From: Octopus vulgaris
Lineage: Eukaryota
Assembly: GCA_951406725.2 (NCBI GenBank)
Contig: OX597821.1
Span: forward strand, 94,054,001 to 94,118,000
DNA: 64,000 bases
Direction of reading: 5' to 3'
The notes below the pieces were generated by a model that made no database searches, had not been told where the DNA came from, and worked only from the letters and a program-made list of their open reading frames with translations. Shown in pieces: positions 51,253 to 63,775 of this stretch (within the stretch, counting starts at the first letter, position 1; the number at the start of each line of letters is the position of its first letter). Both the position numbers and the translations under genes were made by a program.

Positions 51253-51415
51253 AGGCGCAGGAGTGAATGTGTGGTAAGTAGCTTGTTTACCAGCCACATG
51301 GTTCCGGGTTCAGTCCCACTGCGTGGCACCTTGGGCAAGTGTCTTCTACTATAGCCTCGGGCCGACCAAAGCCTTGTGAGTGGATTTGGTAGACGGAAAC
51401 CTAAAGAAGCCCGTC

Positions 51416-51468
<53 letters not shown>

Positions 51469-51693
51469 TGTGTGTGTTTGTGTGAGTGTGTTTGTCCCCT
51501 AGCATTGCTTGACAACCGATGCTGGTGTGTTTATGTCCCCGTTACTTAGCGCTTCGGCAAAAGAGACCGATAGAATAAGTACTGGGCTTACAAAAGAATA
51601 GGTCCCGGGGTCAAGTTGCTCGATTAAAGGCGGTGCTCCAGCATGGCCGCAGTCAAATGACTGAAACAAGTAAAAGAGTAAAAGAGTAAAGAG
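51253..51693 (+). mobile_element. SINE family A
   Basis: Full-length, CpG-intact copy. Confidence 0.85.
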
Positions 51694-52470
51694 TACACAC
51701 GGAGGGCCGTCCTCCATCCTCACTAGCTATGCTACTAGAAGTCCAGATTGACATAGTTTGCTATCTATGTCATCGCAGATATGGCTGTTTAGAACGCGGA
51801 GACTTAGAATTCCCCATAGTGTAACACTTTTATGCAGCACATATCCTCCGCATTCGCCCCACCCCCACCCAGTGATATAAAGCAGTGCTTCCCAAACCAA
51901 TTCTGTCGTAGCAACCTTATTTACCGTATATAAATAACAATATATAAATGCGCCCTTTTAAAGCCTAGCCAGGCTCATGGGTCCGGTTTCCCGGTTTCAA
52001 TGGTGTATGTGTTCCCCAGCTGGACGGGACGCCAGTCCATCGCAGCGTTACTCATTTTTGCCAGCTGAGTGGACTGGAGCAACGTGAAATGAAGTGTTTT
52101 GCTCAAGAACACAACGCTTCGTCCGGTCCAGGAATCGAAACCACAATCTTACGATCATGATGCTGGCACCCTAACCACAAAGAAGCCACCTGTAAAAATT
52201 GAAATTTTTAGGGCCATTTTTTAAGGTCAAATTTATGGGGTCGACTATTTCATGGATACTACTTTTGAGGGGCAGAAATTCAAGATAGAATCCGGAAGTA
52301 CTGTAGCAGCAGCAGAAGTCCAACTGATCTCTAAGCGAATAAAAACAAAAACACAATGAATTACAGTAATATTACCAATTCTATGCATCGAAATGTGGAA
52401 GCACTCCGTCGGTTACGACGGAGTGATTATCCAGTTATATATGAAGCAATAACAATGATGATGATAATAG

Positions 52471-52843
52471 TGGGAAGCACTCTGTCGGTTACGACGACAA
52501 GGGTTCCGGTTGATCCGAATCAACGGAACAGCCTGCTCGTGAAATTAACGTGTAAGTGGCTGGGCACTCCACAGACACGTGCACCCTTAACGTAGTTCTC
52601 GGGGATATTCAGCGTGACACAGAGAGTGACAAGGCCGGCCCCTTGAAATACAGGTACAACAGAAACAGGAAGTAAGAGTGAGAGAAAGTTGTGGTGAAAG
52701 AGTACAGCAGGGATCACCACCATCCCCTGCCGGAGCCTCGTGGAGCTTTTAGGTGTTTTCGCTCAATAAACACTCACAACGCCCGGTCTGGTTTCCTATG
52801 ACCGCGAGTCCGCTGCCCTAACCACTGGGCCATTGCGCCTCCA
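52471..52843 (-). mobile_element. SINE family D
   Basis: Near-identical to 49713-50098 with a small head deletion. Confidence 0.85.
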
Positions 52844-53174
52844 CAGTATGAACCATACATTGGTTCGCAAAGGCCCGCATAAGCGAAATAGAATTCGAAT
52901 TATGCAATAGAAAGAGCTCTATAGTAAAACCTTTCTCAATATAGCAGACTTAAAGTATGTATGAATGCAAAAAGCCAAAGGCAGCAGCTTTCGTTCGGAT
53001 AAAAATACGCAGTATAGATTTATGTTAAACACAATATACTTCAGTCTTTGGCGAAACGGAAGCGCTTTTTAACCATACTCTCACACACAATTATGTTATA
53101 TTGATTAAGTTTTACTACGGTGTTGCTTCTAACGTATAAATCGAATATCATATTATATTATATATTATATTATA

Positions 53175-53447
53175 TCTTTATATATAAAACTGAAGTTGTG
53201 TGAGAGTCTGTCTCCTCCGATTTAGATTCCTAACAACTCCCACATCTTGTGGTGCAGTTTAACCAAAAGCGGGTATCTGATAGTCGTGATTCATATCGAA
53301 CCCTTCTGGGTATTAGCGCGCGTCTACGATTTAAAAAAAAATTACCATCATTTTTTTGCTTGGTTTATATAAGGAAAATAACTCTCTAAAAATGCTTATA
53401 TAGTTATTTCCCTTACAAACCCGAGCAATTCCGGGCGCTACTGCTAG
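53175..53447 (+). mobile_element. Non-autonomous Helitron
   Basis: A|TC start, subterminal hairpin CCCGAGCAATTCCGGG, CTAG|T end, no TSD. Confidence 0.75.
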
Positions 53448-53469
53448 TTATATTATAATATATATTATA

Positions 53470-53925
53470 TCTCTCTCTATATAAACGGCAGTTTGTCCGT
53501 CTGTGTGTCTGTCAGGTTGTACCTTCACCCTGACCACGGCTTTCAACCGATTCTGATGAAACTTGACACACACATAGCCCAATGTCATAATTCAAAACTA
53601 ACGCAGCGAAAATTTTGAAAGTTCCCCCAGTTCTGAAAAAATCGATAAATTCGACATGGGGTCGAGAATCTAAGCTTTTTATATGCAACACATTTTCTGG
53701 GCTGTACGTGGGCTGTTCACGCGTTGGGAGGTGCAATGATGTTTTCATGTTTTCGCCCAAAGGGACAGCTAGGAACATCGTATACACAGAAGTATTCGAG
53801 TGAAGAGAAGACATTGCAACCTACACACGCGCCTTCGTTCCCTAGAGGGAAAGGACTAGATTGGGATTAGTCGTTGCCTACTAGGGGCTCTTACATACCC
53901 AGGCAACGCCGGGCTATGCTGCTAG
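53470..53925 (+). mobile_element. Non-autonomous Helitron (second family)
   Basis: A|TC start, hairpin CCCAGGCAACGCCGGG, CTAG|T end. Confidence 0.75.
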
Positions 53926-54036
53926 TTATATTATATGATATAAAACAAACTTCTTAACGAAACACCATACTCGCGCCCATACAGTGATCACGAAATAGCA
54001 ACAAAAAACATAACCGTGAGTCGGGTTTCATCTCAC

Positions 54037-54136
54037 TTGAAGCATCATGGCAAAATCTGCTGCATTTTTCGTCCTGCCACTTTGATAATTCTTGTGAAAT
54101 CCCCCAGTAGATATCAGCCGGTGAAACGCCAGACAC
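54037..54136 (-). CDS. Exon 3 of PIN-like gene: (R)CLAFHRLISTGGFHKNYQSGRTKNAADFAMMLQ
   Basis: tttttctttcag acceptor, gtgaga donor, 100 nt (phase 2 to 0). KNAADFA corresponds to the KDAADFA motif of ZNF451/NYN-like domains. Confidence 0.9.
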
Positions 54137-54417
54137 CTGAAAGAAAAATTTATATATATAAGCACTACAATTATTTACTCTATTAGTACGGATTGAAAGC
54201 GAGGAAAGTAAATAAATAAGATTTTTAAAAAAGTTTAACCATAGATCGATTTCTTTCCTTGCTTTTCAATCCGTGCTAATTCTGAGAGCCATTTGACGTC
54301 TATTTCTAGCATGTGGCGCTATTCATTAGTGCCCTTAATATTATAATTATAATTATATTTATATGATTATATAAACTTGTATTAATTGTTACCTATATGG
54401 TTTATTACATGCTGGCT

Positions 54418-54798
<381 letters not shown>

Positions 54799-54899
54799 GT
54801 ATGAGTGTCCATGTATATATATTATATATATTGATACAGCAGAAGGTGAATAGTGATTTTGTTACTTCAAAGTTTCATTCATAACATAATTATTTAAAA

Positions 54900-55870
54900 A
54901 ATTCATTTGTATACGAACAAAGTTCCCAGAAGTTCTTTCTGGTATAGCATCATATATAATGCTGGTGTAGCCATCCGTTGTCACAAGATTAAGAGGTTCT
55001 TCTGAACAAATCTGGTGATGATGATTTAGAATGCCAGAACTCTAACAGCTTCACATGCAAGCTATAGCGTGCTTTGAAACATTCTGAGCCTTTGAACACG
55101 TGAAAATGTTTCCGTGTGACCTATAAGTGCATTTCAGTGGTGGATGTTAGTATTTTCTGTGAGAATATGTTTTTCATATTAATACTATTGTAGGTCACTT
55201 TCAAGCAACTTTTATCGACACGGTTTTATAACAGAACTCCTAATACATGCTGGGAATATTTTATCGTTATTTATTTTTATGCTTAAAGGAAAATGAGAGT
55301 GAGCAAGATTGCATTATGGGGCCTAATATCATATTGAGTGTTGGTGGACGAGATATGCATTTAATCCCATCTTTGAAACAGCTATTAAGAAAGGCGCTAT
55401 TATAGCGGAATTCATTTTCTAACAAAATTCTCTCTACAAGAAAAGAGTTTGGAGATACTTGTACCAATGATTTTAACTATGTTCTGAAAAACTATATATG
55501 GGGCAGTGGCAAGAATCCCTATTTATGCTTTAGTTAGTTATAAGATTTATACATGTTGTTGTCTAAGTGTGACGTCCAATAAATTAGCTGTCTTAAGTTT
55601 GATATTGATTATGATTTTTAATCCCAGCTGTTTGCAAACGCTACTAAGTTCCTTTCTAAATTTATCAAATGTATGCTATTGCCAGGTGTAGTTTTCAGTT
55701 AATCTCTCATCTCCATAAAAACTGATATTGGCGATATTGAATTTTTGTTTCCGAATGCCTTCCATGTGTTGGCCAACAAGACCGCATGTATCTAAAGTGT
55801 GGTATGACCACAGACACAAGTTGAAAATGCTTGAAGTGTCGGATTCTTCAACTAGATAAAGCTCTTATCA
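54900..55870 (-). mobile_element. Possible highly decayed hAT transposase relic
   Basis: Only weak minus-strand peptide resemblances, in the expected order (LVEESDTS ~ LDESTD; FKDG ~ TDG; IGHTET ~ FHTEVRW). Confidence 0.3.
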
Positions 55871-56081
55871 AATAGCAAAGTTTTATTATTTTGGTGTGTG
55901 TGTGTGTGATGATCATGTACATTTCACACACACACAACTGAATTTATGCAAATAAAATCCCTATTCCATTATGCCGTCCACAGTCTAATATTGCTGACTG
56001 GTGAACCAGCTTTTCAAGGTTGCATCGAACTGTACGTATATATACATATACAACTATAATATACGCGTATGCACATATATA

Positions 56082-56242
56082 CTGATTCCAGCGAGATCTG
56101 AGCACAGAACGTTAAGAGACAGAGCCAAAAATTGCATTTCATTTAGCCAGACACCCTCTCACACTTAAAAAAGCTTTAACACGAGTTCATTACCTGGTTG
56201 GTTGGTTCCATTGGGTACTATGAAAGCCCCATACGAAGGTAT
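56082..56242. repeat. Direct duplication of 57881-58042 (exon 2 3' end plus donor and intron)
   Basis: About 160 bp with a few substitutions and one indel, offset about 1.8 kb. Confidence 0.9.
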
Positions 56243-56955
56243 GTATGTGTGTATATATATATATATATATACGTACATGACATAAATGGCATTCCGTCGG
56301 GTACGATGGCGAGTGTTCCAATTAATCCGATCAACGGAACAGTCTACTCGTGAAATTAACGTGCAAATGACTGAGCATTCAACAGACACGCGTGCCCTTA
56401 ACGTGTAGTTCTCGGGGAGATTCAGCGTGACACAGAACGTGATAAAACTGGCCCTATGAATTATAGGTACTACTCAATTTTTGCCAGCTGAGTGGACTGG
56501 AGCAATGTGAAATGAGGTATAAATGCTCAAGAACACAACGCGGTCTGGAATCGAACTCACGGTCGTAAGATCGTGAGCCGAATGCTCTAACCACTAAGCC
56601 ACGCTCCTTCACATTTGTTACATATGCATACGTACGTACATAATCCCTTTCCCTTTAGTAGTTGATTTGTTTCGGCTTCGGAGTAGATATCCATTATGAG
56701 GGTCGTTTCCTATATGTTCTGTCGATCAATCGATCGATCGATTGATAAAACTGAATCATAAACGCACCCAAATGCATATCTATATATATGTATGTATATA
56801 CATGTATACATGCACATATATTCGAACATATGTATACCCACTTTTATCACACAATTACCGACACGTATTCATCTGTTTGTGCGCGCACACGAGTACATAT
56901 CAGGTACGAACCGTCTGGATGAAAAAATTAGGCAGTTCCTGCCCAAACTATAGTC

Positions 56956-57174
56956 CAGTGGTTTTCAACCAGGGTTCCGCGGAACCTTGGGGTTCCGCCA
57001 GTAAAGTCCAGGGGTTCCGCAAGAAGTTACAAAAATGCTAAAATCGACAGTAATTTTTAATTCTCCTGTGCAGATATATGTGCATAAGACTATTAAATTA
57101 TTGCACAGGGGTTCCTCGAGCCAGTGGAATATTTTCTTGGCGTTCCGCTCCAGCAAAAAGCTTGAAAAGCACTG
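56956..57174. mobile_element. hAT MITE
   Basis: CAGTGGTTTTCAA ... TTGAAAAGCACTG TIRs with perfect 8-bp TSD CTATAGTC (56948-56955 and 57175-57182). Confidence 0.9.
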
Positions 57175-57435
57175 CTATAGTCATACAAGCTCCATTTGAG
57201 CAGTGGAGGTAATCGCAAGATTCAAGAATCTTCTACAATTGGCATGCCATTAAGGAAGGGGTGAAGTTTATTGATAAGTTGTAAAAGAACAGGCGTGGAC
57301 TTGCATTTCTGGTTCTGGTTCAATAGCTGTTATCAGCACGACAACTGCCCAACTTTATCTCCAGTAGCCAAAGAGCTTAAGACATATACAAATGAGGAGA
57401 ACACATTTATCACCTAAGTAATTTACATTATTTAA

Positions 57436-57853
57436 AGGCGCAGGCGTGGTTGTGTGGTAAGAAGCTTGCTTTCCAACCACACGGTTCCGGGTTCAGTCCC
57501 ACTGCATGGCAACTTGGGCAAGTGCCTTCTACTATAACGTCGGGCTGACCAAAGTCTTGTGAGTGGATTTGGTAGAAGGAAACTGAAAGCCCGCCGTGTA
57601 TATGTGCTGTGTGTGTGTGTGTGTGTATGTGTGTGTGTGTGTCTGTATTTGTCCCCCCACCCATAACCGCTTGACAACCGGTGTTGGTGTGTTTACGTCT
57701 CAGTAACTTAGCGGTTCGGCAAAATTGATTGATAGAATAAGTACTAGGCTTTAAAAGTAAGTCCCGGGGTCGATCTGTTCGACTAAAATCTTTCTAAGTG
57801 GTGTTCCAGCATGGCCGCAGTCAAATGACTGAAACAAACAAAAGAAATAAAAG
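57436..57853 (+). mobile_element. SINE family A variant
   Basis: Head and tail match with subfamily differences. Confidence 0.8.
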
Positions 57854-57993
57854 AATAGAAATGGGCTAAGAGAAATCACTCTGATTCCAGCGAGATCTGA
57901 GCACAGAACTTTAAGAGACAGAACCAAAAATTGCATTTCATTTAGCCAGACACCCTCTCACACTTAAAAAAAGCTTTAACACGAGTTCATTAC

Positions 57994-58504
57994 CTGGTTG
58001 GCTGGTTCCATTGGGTACTATGAAAGCCCCATACGAAGGTATTCGGAGGCAAGAGAAACTTCAGCTTTTCAAAGAACCTACTCCAGTTGTCTATGTCCCA
58101 ATATATGATGTGATCCATCCTGGATAGTCTATGTTTCAGAGGACTCATACGATCATGACGATGACGAAACCTAGGTCTCAATGTAAACGGACAAGCTTGA
58201 CGATGATTGTGGCCATCTATTTTACGTCTTCTATGATTAACGTCAAATCCTCCACGGCCGTGTACAGGCTGCCGCCTTCGGATCGTTGGTCGTGACATGA
58301 TGGTGGGACGTGATGCTAAATGTTTATAGCCTCTTACAGACCAACGTGGGTGGAAAGGGCGGAAGGGAGAGAAAGGTTTGGTACATGCCTGTCGCATTCT
58401 GGCAATATGCCTTCTCCTTCTCTGTGATTTCGCTCGATTTCTTCTTCTCCTCCTCCTCCTCCTCCTTCGCTCGCGCAATCTGGATTCTCGTCTTGATAAT
58501 GTGC
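57994..58504 (-). CDS. Exon 2: poly-Arg/His-rich region plus start of the ZNF451-type PIN-like domain (HIIYWDIDNWSRFFEKLKFLLPPNTFVWGFHS)
   Basis: gatatttctcag acceptor, open frame 511 nt, AG|gtaatg donor. The 3' part resembles the ZNF451 C-terminal PIN-like domain (IIFLDLDNW..FF..L.......TFIWGF). Alternative internal ATGs at 58397 and 58298. Confidence 0.85.
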
Positions 58505-58664
58505 CTGAGAAATATCATCATCAAAGTCCAATGAGAGGGACAGAAATATCAAATCAAACACGAAAAAAATCGGATCACTTACAAGAATTATTCCCTTTCA
58601 ATTTCACCCCAAACACACACACGCACACACATACTTACACACACAGCTTACAATATGTAAAACT

Positions 58665-58701
<37 letters not shown>

Positions 58702-59123
58702 CACAGCCAATTGCTACATAGGTAATACTATATAATTCATATATACTTATCTGCTCCTCTTTCTTGAAGGGAGTCCATAAGAGATATCTATCATTTCTAA
58801 AACCACGTTGTAATTCTAGTTCAAAGATCATAAAGGAACCCGGAATTTGACATTTCTCATCGACAAATTCGTTCCACGAACCTGAACGGGCAAAGGAGGT
58901 ATAGTCCCGAGATCTTCCCCAATATTATGGCTCAAAGTCCAGCCGATAAGATTACTAGCATTTCTCTTGGCCGAGTTAGTCTCCAGAATAATTTGCAGGT
59001 TAGGGTGGGCCTAAACGTACTCGCCAGCCTCTTGTTAAACTCCCATTCAATCACCAAAATATAAGTTTCTAGCACTTCGGTATTTTTGTAATTATCCCTG
59101 AAACTTATGGACGCACGTACGTA

Positions 59124-59126
59124 ATG

Positions 59127-59160
<34 letters not shown>

Positions 59161-59205
59161 TGTATGTATGTATGTATGTATGTATGTACGTATGTATGTA
59201 CATAC

Positions 59206-59239
<34 letters not shown>

Positions 59240-59440
59240 TGTATGTATGTACATACTATGTATGTATGTATGTATGTATGTATGTATGTATGTATGTATG
59301 TATGTATGTATGTATGATGTATGTATGTATGTATGTATGATGTATGTATGTACGTATGTATTATGTATGTATGTACGTATGTATTATGTATTATGTATGT
59401 ACGTATGTATTATGTATTATGTATGTATGTATGTATGTAC
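59124..59440. repeat. (ATGT)n microsatellite
   Basis: Directly visible; explains the MYVC ORFs. Confidence 0.95.
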
Positions 59441-59554
59441 AAAACAATCTCTCTTATCAGTCGTGATTTTAAAATGGTCACAACAGTGATTGGAACTAGG
59501 TAGAATAGGCAGAATATTCCAATCAAAACTTCTACCAAGTGCAAGCCTAACAGA

Positions 59555-60271
59555 TCTCTAAAACCTCATAATAATTGTCAGCTTCATTTGACGAAAGGGT
59601 AGATACTTAGTTGCTATAAAATTTCTAAAATAAAACGGGTGGTGTTTAGTTGAAATTCTACTCGATCTACATAAGTTGTTAATTCGAGTTTCTGTAACGT
59701 TGATATTTACATGTCTTTCTCTAAGTTTAACATAAAATGTTGACTATGGTTATTAGTGGTTGTTATATTGTCGAAACGTAGCTTAGATGTGGTTTTTAGA
59801 TAATTCCTAATCTAATTTTGGACTGGAAATTGTACTAAAAGGAAAGGCCACAATCTAGTCATGCTTTTAAGATTTTGAATTTTCTTTTGCGTATATTTAC
59901 AACGTATATTCCATTCAAACCACATACTTCAGTTTCATAAAAGCGAGGCTCATACTGACCCGTTTGATGTCAGTATGGCCTTTCCTTTTAGTACAATTTC
60001 CAGTCCAAAATTAGATTAGGAATTATCTAAAAACCACATCTAAGCTACGTTTCGACAATATAACAACCACTAATAACCATAGTCAACATTTTATGTTAAA
60101 CTTAGAGGAAGACATGTAAATATCAACGTTACAGAAACTCGAATTAACAACTTATGTAGATCGAGTAGAATTTCAACTAAACACCACCCGTTTTATTTTA
60201 GAAATTTTATAGCAACTAAGTATCTACCCTTTCGTCAAATGAAGCTGACAATTATTATGAGGTTTTAGAGA
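59555..60271. repeat. 296-bp near-perfect inverted repeat with 125-bp spacer
   Basis: Arms 59555-59850 and 59976-60271. One mismatch noticed by eye. Confidence 0.92.
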
Positions 60272-60501
60272 AATTGGGTATAAACGTAAGCGTAGTTTTT
60301 TTTTTTTTTTTGTCACTCAAATTTAACAACGAAGAAAATAGAAATTGTTTCAACGCTCTCTTTAGCTTTAAATGACAGGCCAGCTATTGGTAGAAACCTC
60401 TTAGAAATACATAAGTACGATGAGTTATTTAATAAAAAATGTCAAAGTCAGCTATAGCTGTACTGAAAATAATTCGTTTGGAAATGCACATATTTGGTTT
60501 A

Positions 60502-60557
<56 letters not shown>

Positions 60558-61277
60558 TTCATTGTTATTTGACTACTTTTGCCATTACTATAAGTTTCAA
60601 ACCTGACAGTAAACATTGAATGGCATATCATCTGAAGAGAATTCGTCTCCTAACTATAGACAATTCAAAGTCAGAATAATATCGAAATGCCATAATAGAA
60701 ACAATTTCTGATTAATGAATTAGAAGGGATGTAGACATCAATGTCAACCGGAAGTCGAGGTTCAACCGGATGTTTAACGCTTAATGGAAATTTGTAGTAC
60801 CTTGTCTTGGAAAAAGGCCGACAGCATCATGATTATTTTCGGTTGCTGTAAGGCACAAAATTTACATTAAAAAGTAGTCAATAATAATAATAATAATAAT
60901 AATTTTGGCTTATGGTCAGCAGTTTTTGAGGGGAGAGAGAAGTCGATTGACCCCAATATGTGACTGGTACTTATTTTATCGAACCCGAAAGGTGAAAGGC
61001 AAAGTCGACTTTCATGGAATTTGAACCCAGAACGAAAATAGAAGTTACTCGAATGTAGAACCAGAAATAGAAACTGTGCCAAGGTATGATCAAAAACATG
61101 CAAGCAAAAACAATCCAATCCTGGGTTAGCAAGTATATATAACATACGGAAAATAACACTGCTAGGTACTGTAACACCGAACAAATAATGAAAAAAAAAA
61201 TAATAAACAGCACGAACCCAAGGTTCACAGAGCTGCACTCGTAGTAAAGTGGAGAACATGCGATAAAAATAAGTCTA

Positions 61278-61337
<60 letters not shown>

Positions 61338-61338
<1 letters not shown>

Positions 61339-61709
61339 GATGTTTTCGGTTTGAACGGCAGTTTTTAACATAATTTCTTGGTAACTAAAAAATTTAAAAC
61401 TTCGTATACTTTTTCTCGTGGCTTTATTGAGAAAATTCTATAGTTTGTAAGATATTTGTTGTTGTTTTTCTTCAATTTCTGCAATTTCAACCAATCAGTG
61501 ACGTCTATTGAGGTAAAAAAAAATTCTATGTCGTATGAATGTCCCTCGTTTAAGAAACAGATTGGGTTTATTTACATTTGTGAAGAAAAACCCTAACCCT
61601 AACCCTAAAACAGATTGAAATGCAATAGATCGATACTAGGGTCATAATTATAGGTGACAATTTCATATGACACCGCTAGAAAAAACTGCCGTTCAAACCG
61701 AAAAGATCC
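61338..61709. mobile_element. MITE with internal (CCCTAA)3, inserted in (AAT)n
   Basis: GGATGTTTTCGGTTTGAACGGCAGTTTTT ... AAAAACTGCCGTTCAAACCGAAAAGATCC. Flanks fit an AT or TAA TSD (PIF/Harbinger-ISL2EU-like, inferred). Confidence 0.75.
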
Positions 61710-61871
61710 ATAATAATAATAATAATAATAATAATAATTTCTGATTTAGGTACAAAGTAATCAGTTTGAAGGGAGGTGTTAGTCAATACCATCGTCCCCA
61801 GTACTTGACCGGTACTTTATTTTATTGACTGCGGAACAATAATAGGTAAAGTGTGCGGGAATGGGTCTCAC

Positions 61872-61905
61872 CTTGAAAGTTATTAACAAAACCATTCTGC
61901 AACAT
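61872..61905 (-). CDS. Candidate first coding exon of the Arg-rich/PIN-like gene: MLQNGFVNNFQ(G)
   Basis: aagaacATG with A at -3, 34 nt, strong AAG|gtgaga donor. Phase 1 matches the acceptor at 58504. Confidence 0.55.
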
Positions 61906-62883
61906 GTTCTTATATTGCTACTAAAATTTTATCACAAGTATTGCTTGGTGCTGATCACGAAATAGTTTTGGCTGGATTCGTAGCTTCAGAGGGATTTGTC
62001 AACTAAACTATCATAGCTGCAGCAGCAGCAGCAATAGATTCTTCTTCCTTCTTTTTCTTCCTTTCACTCCTTCAGTTTCTTCCCCTTTTCTTTTTTTTTT
62101 TCTTTTTCCCTTCTCTGTATTTTTATTCTTTCCTTATTTCTTACTTTGCTGACCGAAAGGTCAAAAATCACTTTGAATTATGACATCATAGCCCGCTCAA
62201 TCACTTTTGAGCAAACGACAGAAACAACTTGTTTCATTTTCTTGTTGGCATTCGTTTGACTTTTACCTAGATTTGCCTTTTCTTCGTCTATCTTCGTTTG
62301 TTATCGCCTTAAAGGCAGCTGTTTTTATATATAATACTGGGCGAACCTATTAACGCCCTTTGATGTAGGGGTGTTAACCTGTTTTCTTCATGAGACGTGA
62401 GAAAAAAGTTATATTCGTTTAGTTTACCTGTCTGCATTTCTCTCTGCTTGTTTTTATATACCTTTCCATCTCTATCTCTCCCCTCTTTCACTCGCTTATC
62501 CATTTACGTACTATATAAACTCGTACAGAGACAGGAGTGTACGTCCGTTATGAGAGTCTGTCGAATGTCGTTGAACAGGAAGAATTGATGGAGTTTATAA
62601 CAGACGAGAAATTTTTTTAAAAAAGATTATAAAACTGCATAAAAGAACAGTAAGATGAAACTGCGAGCTTTGGTGGGGCTCGTAAGCCATTCCATTCTAG
62701 TCATTATAAACATTCCATTTCATAGTTATCCTTCGTTATATGTACCCCATGTTTTGTGTCGTCCGTCCTTGTTATGTCCATTCTTTGTTCAGGTTGCATG
62801 CCTATAATAAAGATTAAGCAGAAATCACATAGACACGTCATGGATAGACACACAAACATACATGGTGCATTTACGCAAATATG

Positions 62884-63113
62884 TTTCTTTACTACCCACA
62901 AGGGGCTAAACACAGAGGGGACAAACAAGGACAGACAAACGAATTAAGTCGATAACATCGACCCCAGTGCGTAACTGGTGCTTAATTTATCGACCCCGAA
63001 AGGATGAAAGGCAAAGTCGACCCTGGCGGAATTTGAACTCAGAACGTAGCGGCAGACGAAATACCGCTAAGCAATTTCGCCCAGCGTGCTAACGTTTCTG
63101 CCAGCTGACCGCC
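62884..63113 (-). mobile_element. SINE family B
   Basis: TSD TTACGCAAATATG at about 62871-62883 and 63114-63126. Confidence 0.85.
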
Positions 63114-63596
63114 TTACGCAAATATGTCACGTAAACTCCCCAAAACACATACCGTATATAAAAACACACACATTCATACATAGGTCACAGATACATACAT
63201 TCATTATACACATTACGTGGATATTCACAAACACATATTACATAATGACATACCCATATTCACTCACAGACATATACAGTCACACATCACTGGAACATTC
63301 TCAAACTCACATGCCACGTAGATGTATATAAACAGACATGTTGATTGTTTCATTTTGACTGCTCAGCGTTACACGTCCATGTGCTTTGATGTAACATTTG
63401 AGGCAGGTGGATGATTTACGATGTCAAGAGCTAATATGACAGAACCCCCTTCATCCAGCATCTTCATAAGAATAATGGGTCATGAGGTGAACGATATTTC
63501 TGTCCAAATCTTTGCTCTCTTAGTCTGGATTTTCGCGCTTTGCTGCACGTTGGACACAGAGCAGCCCCAAACATATATATATATATATACATATGT

Positions 63597-63775
63597 ACGT
63601 GTGTGTATGTGCGTGTGTATATGTTCCTGTAACTTAGTGCTTCAGCAAAAAGAAACGGATAGAATAAGTACTAGGCTTACAAAGAATAAGTCCTGGGGTC
63701 GATTTGCTCGACTAAAGGCGGTGCTCCAGCATGGCCACAGTCAAATGACTGAAAAGAGTAAAAGAGTAAAAGAGT
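63597..63775 (+). mobile_element. SINE family A 3' half
   Basis: Tail and 3' body only. Confidence 0.75.

Noticed and set aside
58324-58561. Acidic or Gly-rich ORFs in the other two minus-strand frames (EEEEEEKKK, GGGGGEEE)
   Set aside because: Both stop before the PIN-like motifs. Only the Arg frame is continuous with the domain and phase-compatible with the upstream exon.
61591-61608. Interstitial telomere from a chromosome fusion
   Set aside because: Only three units, located inside a TIR-bounded MITE.
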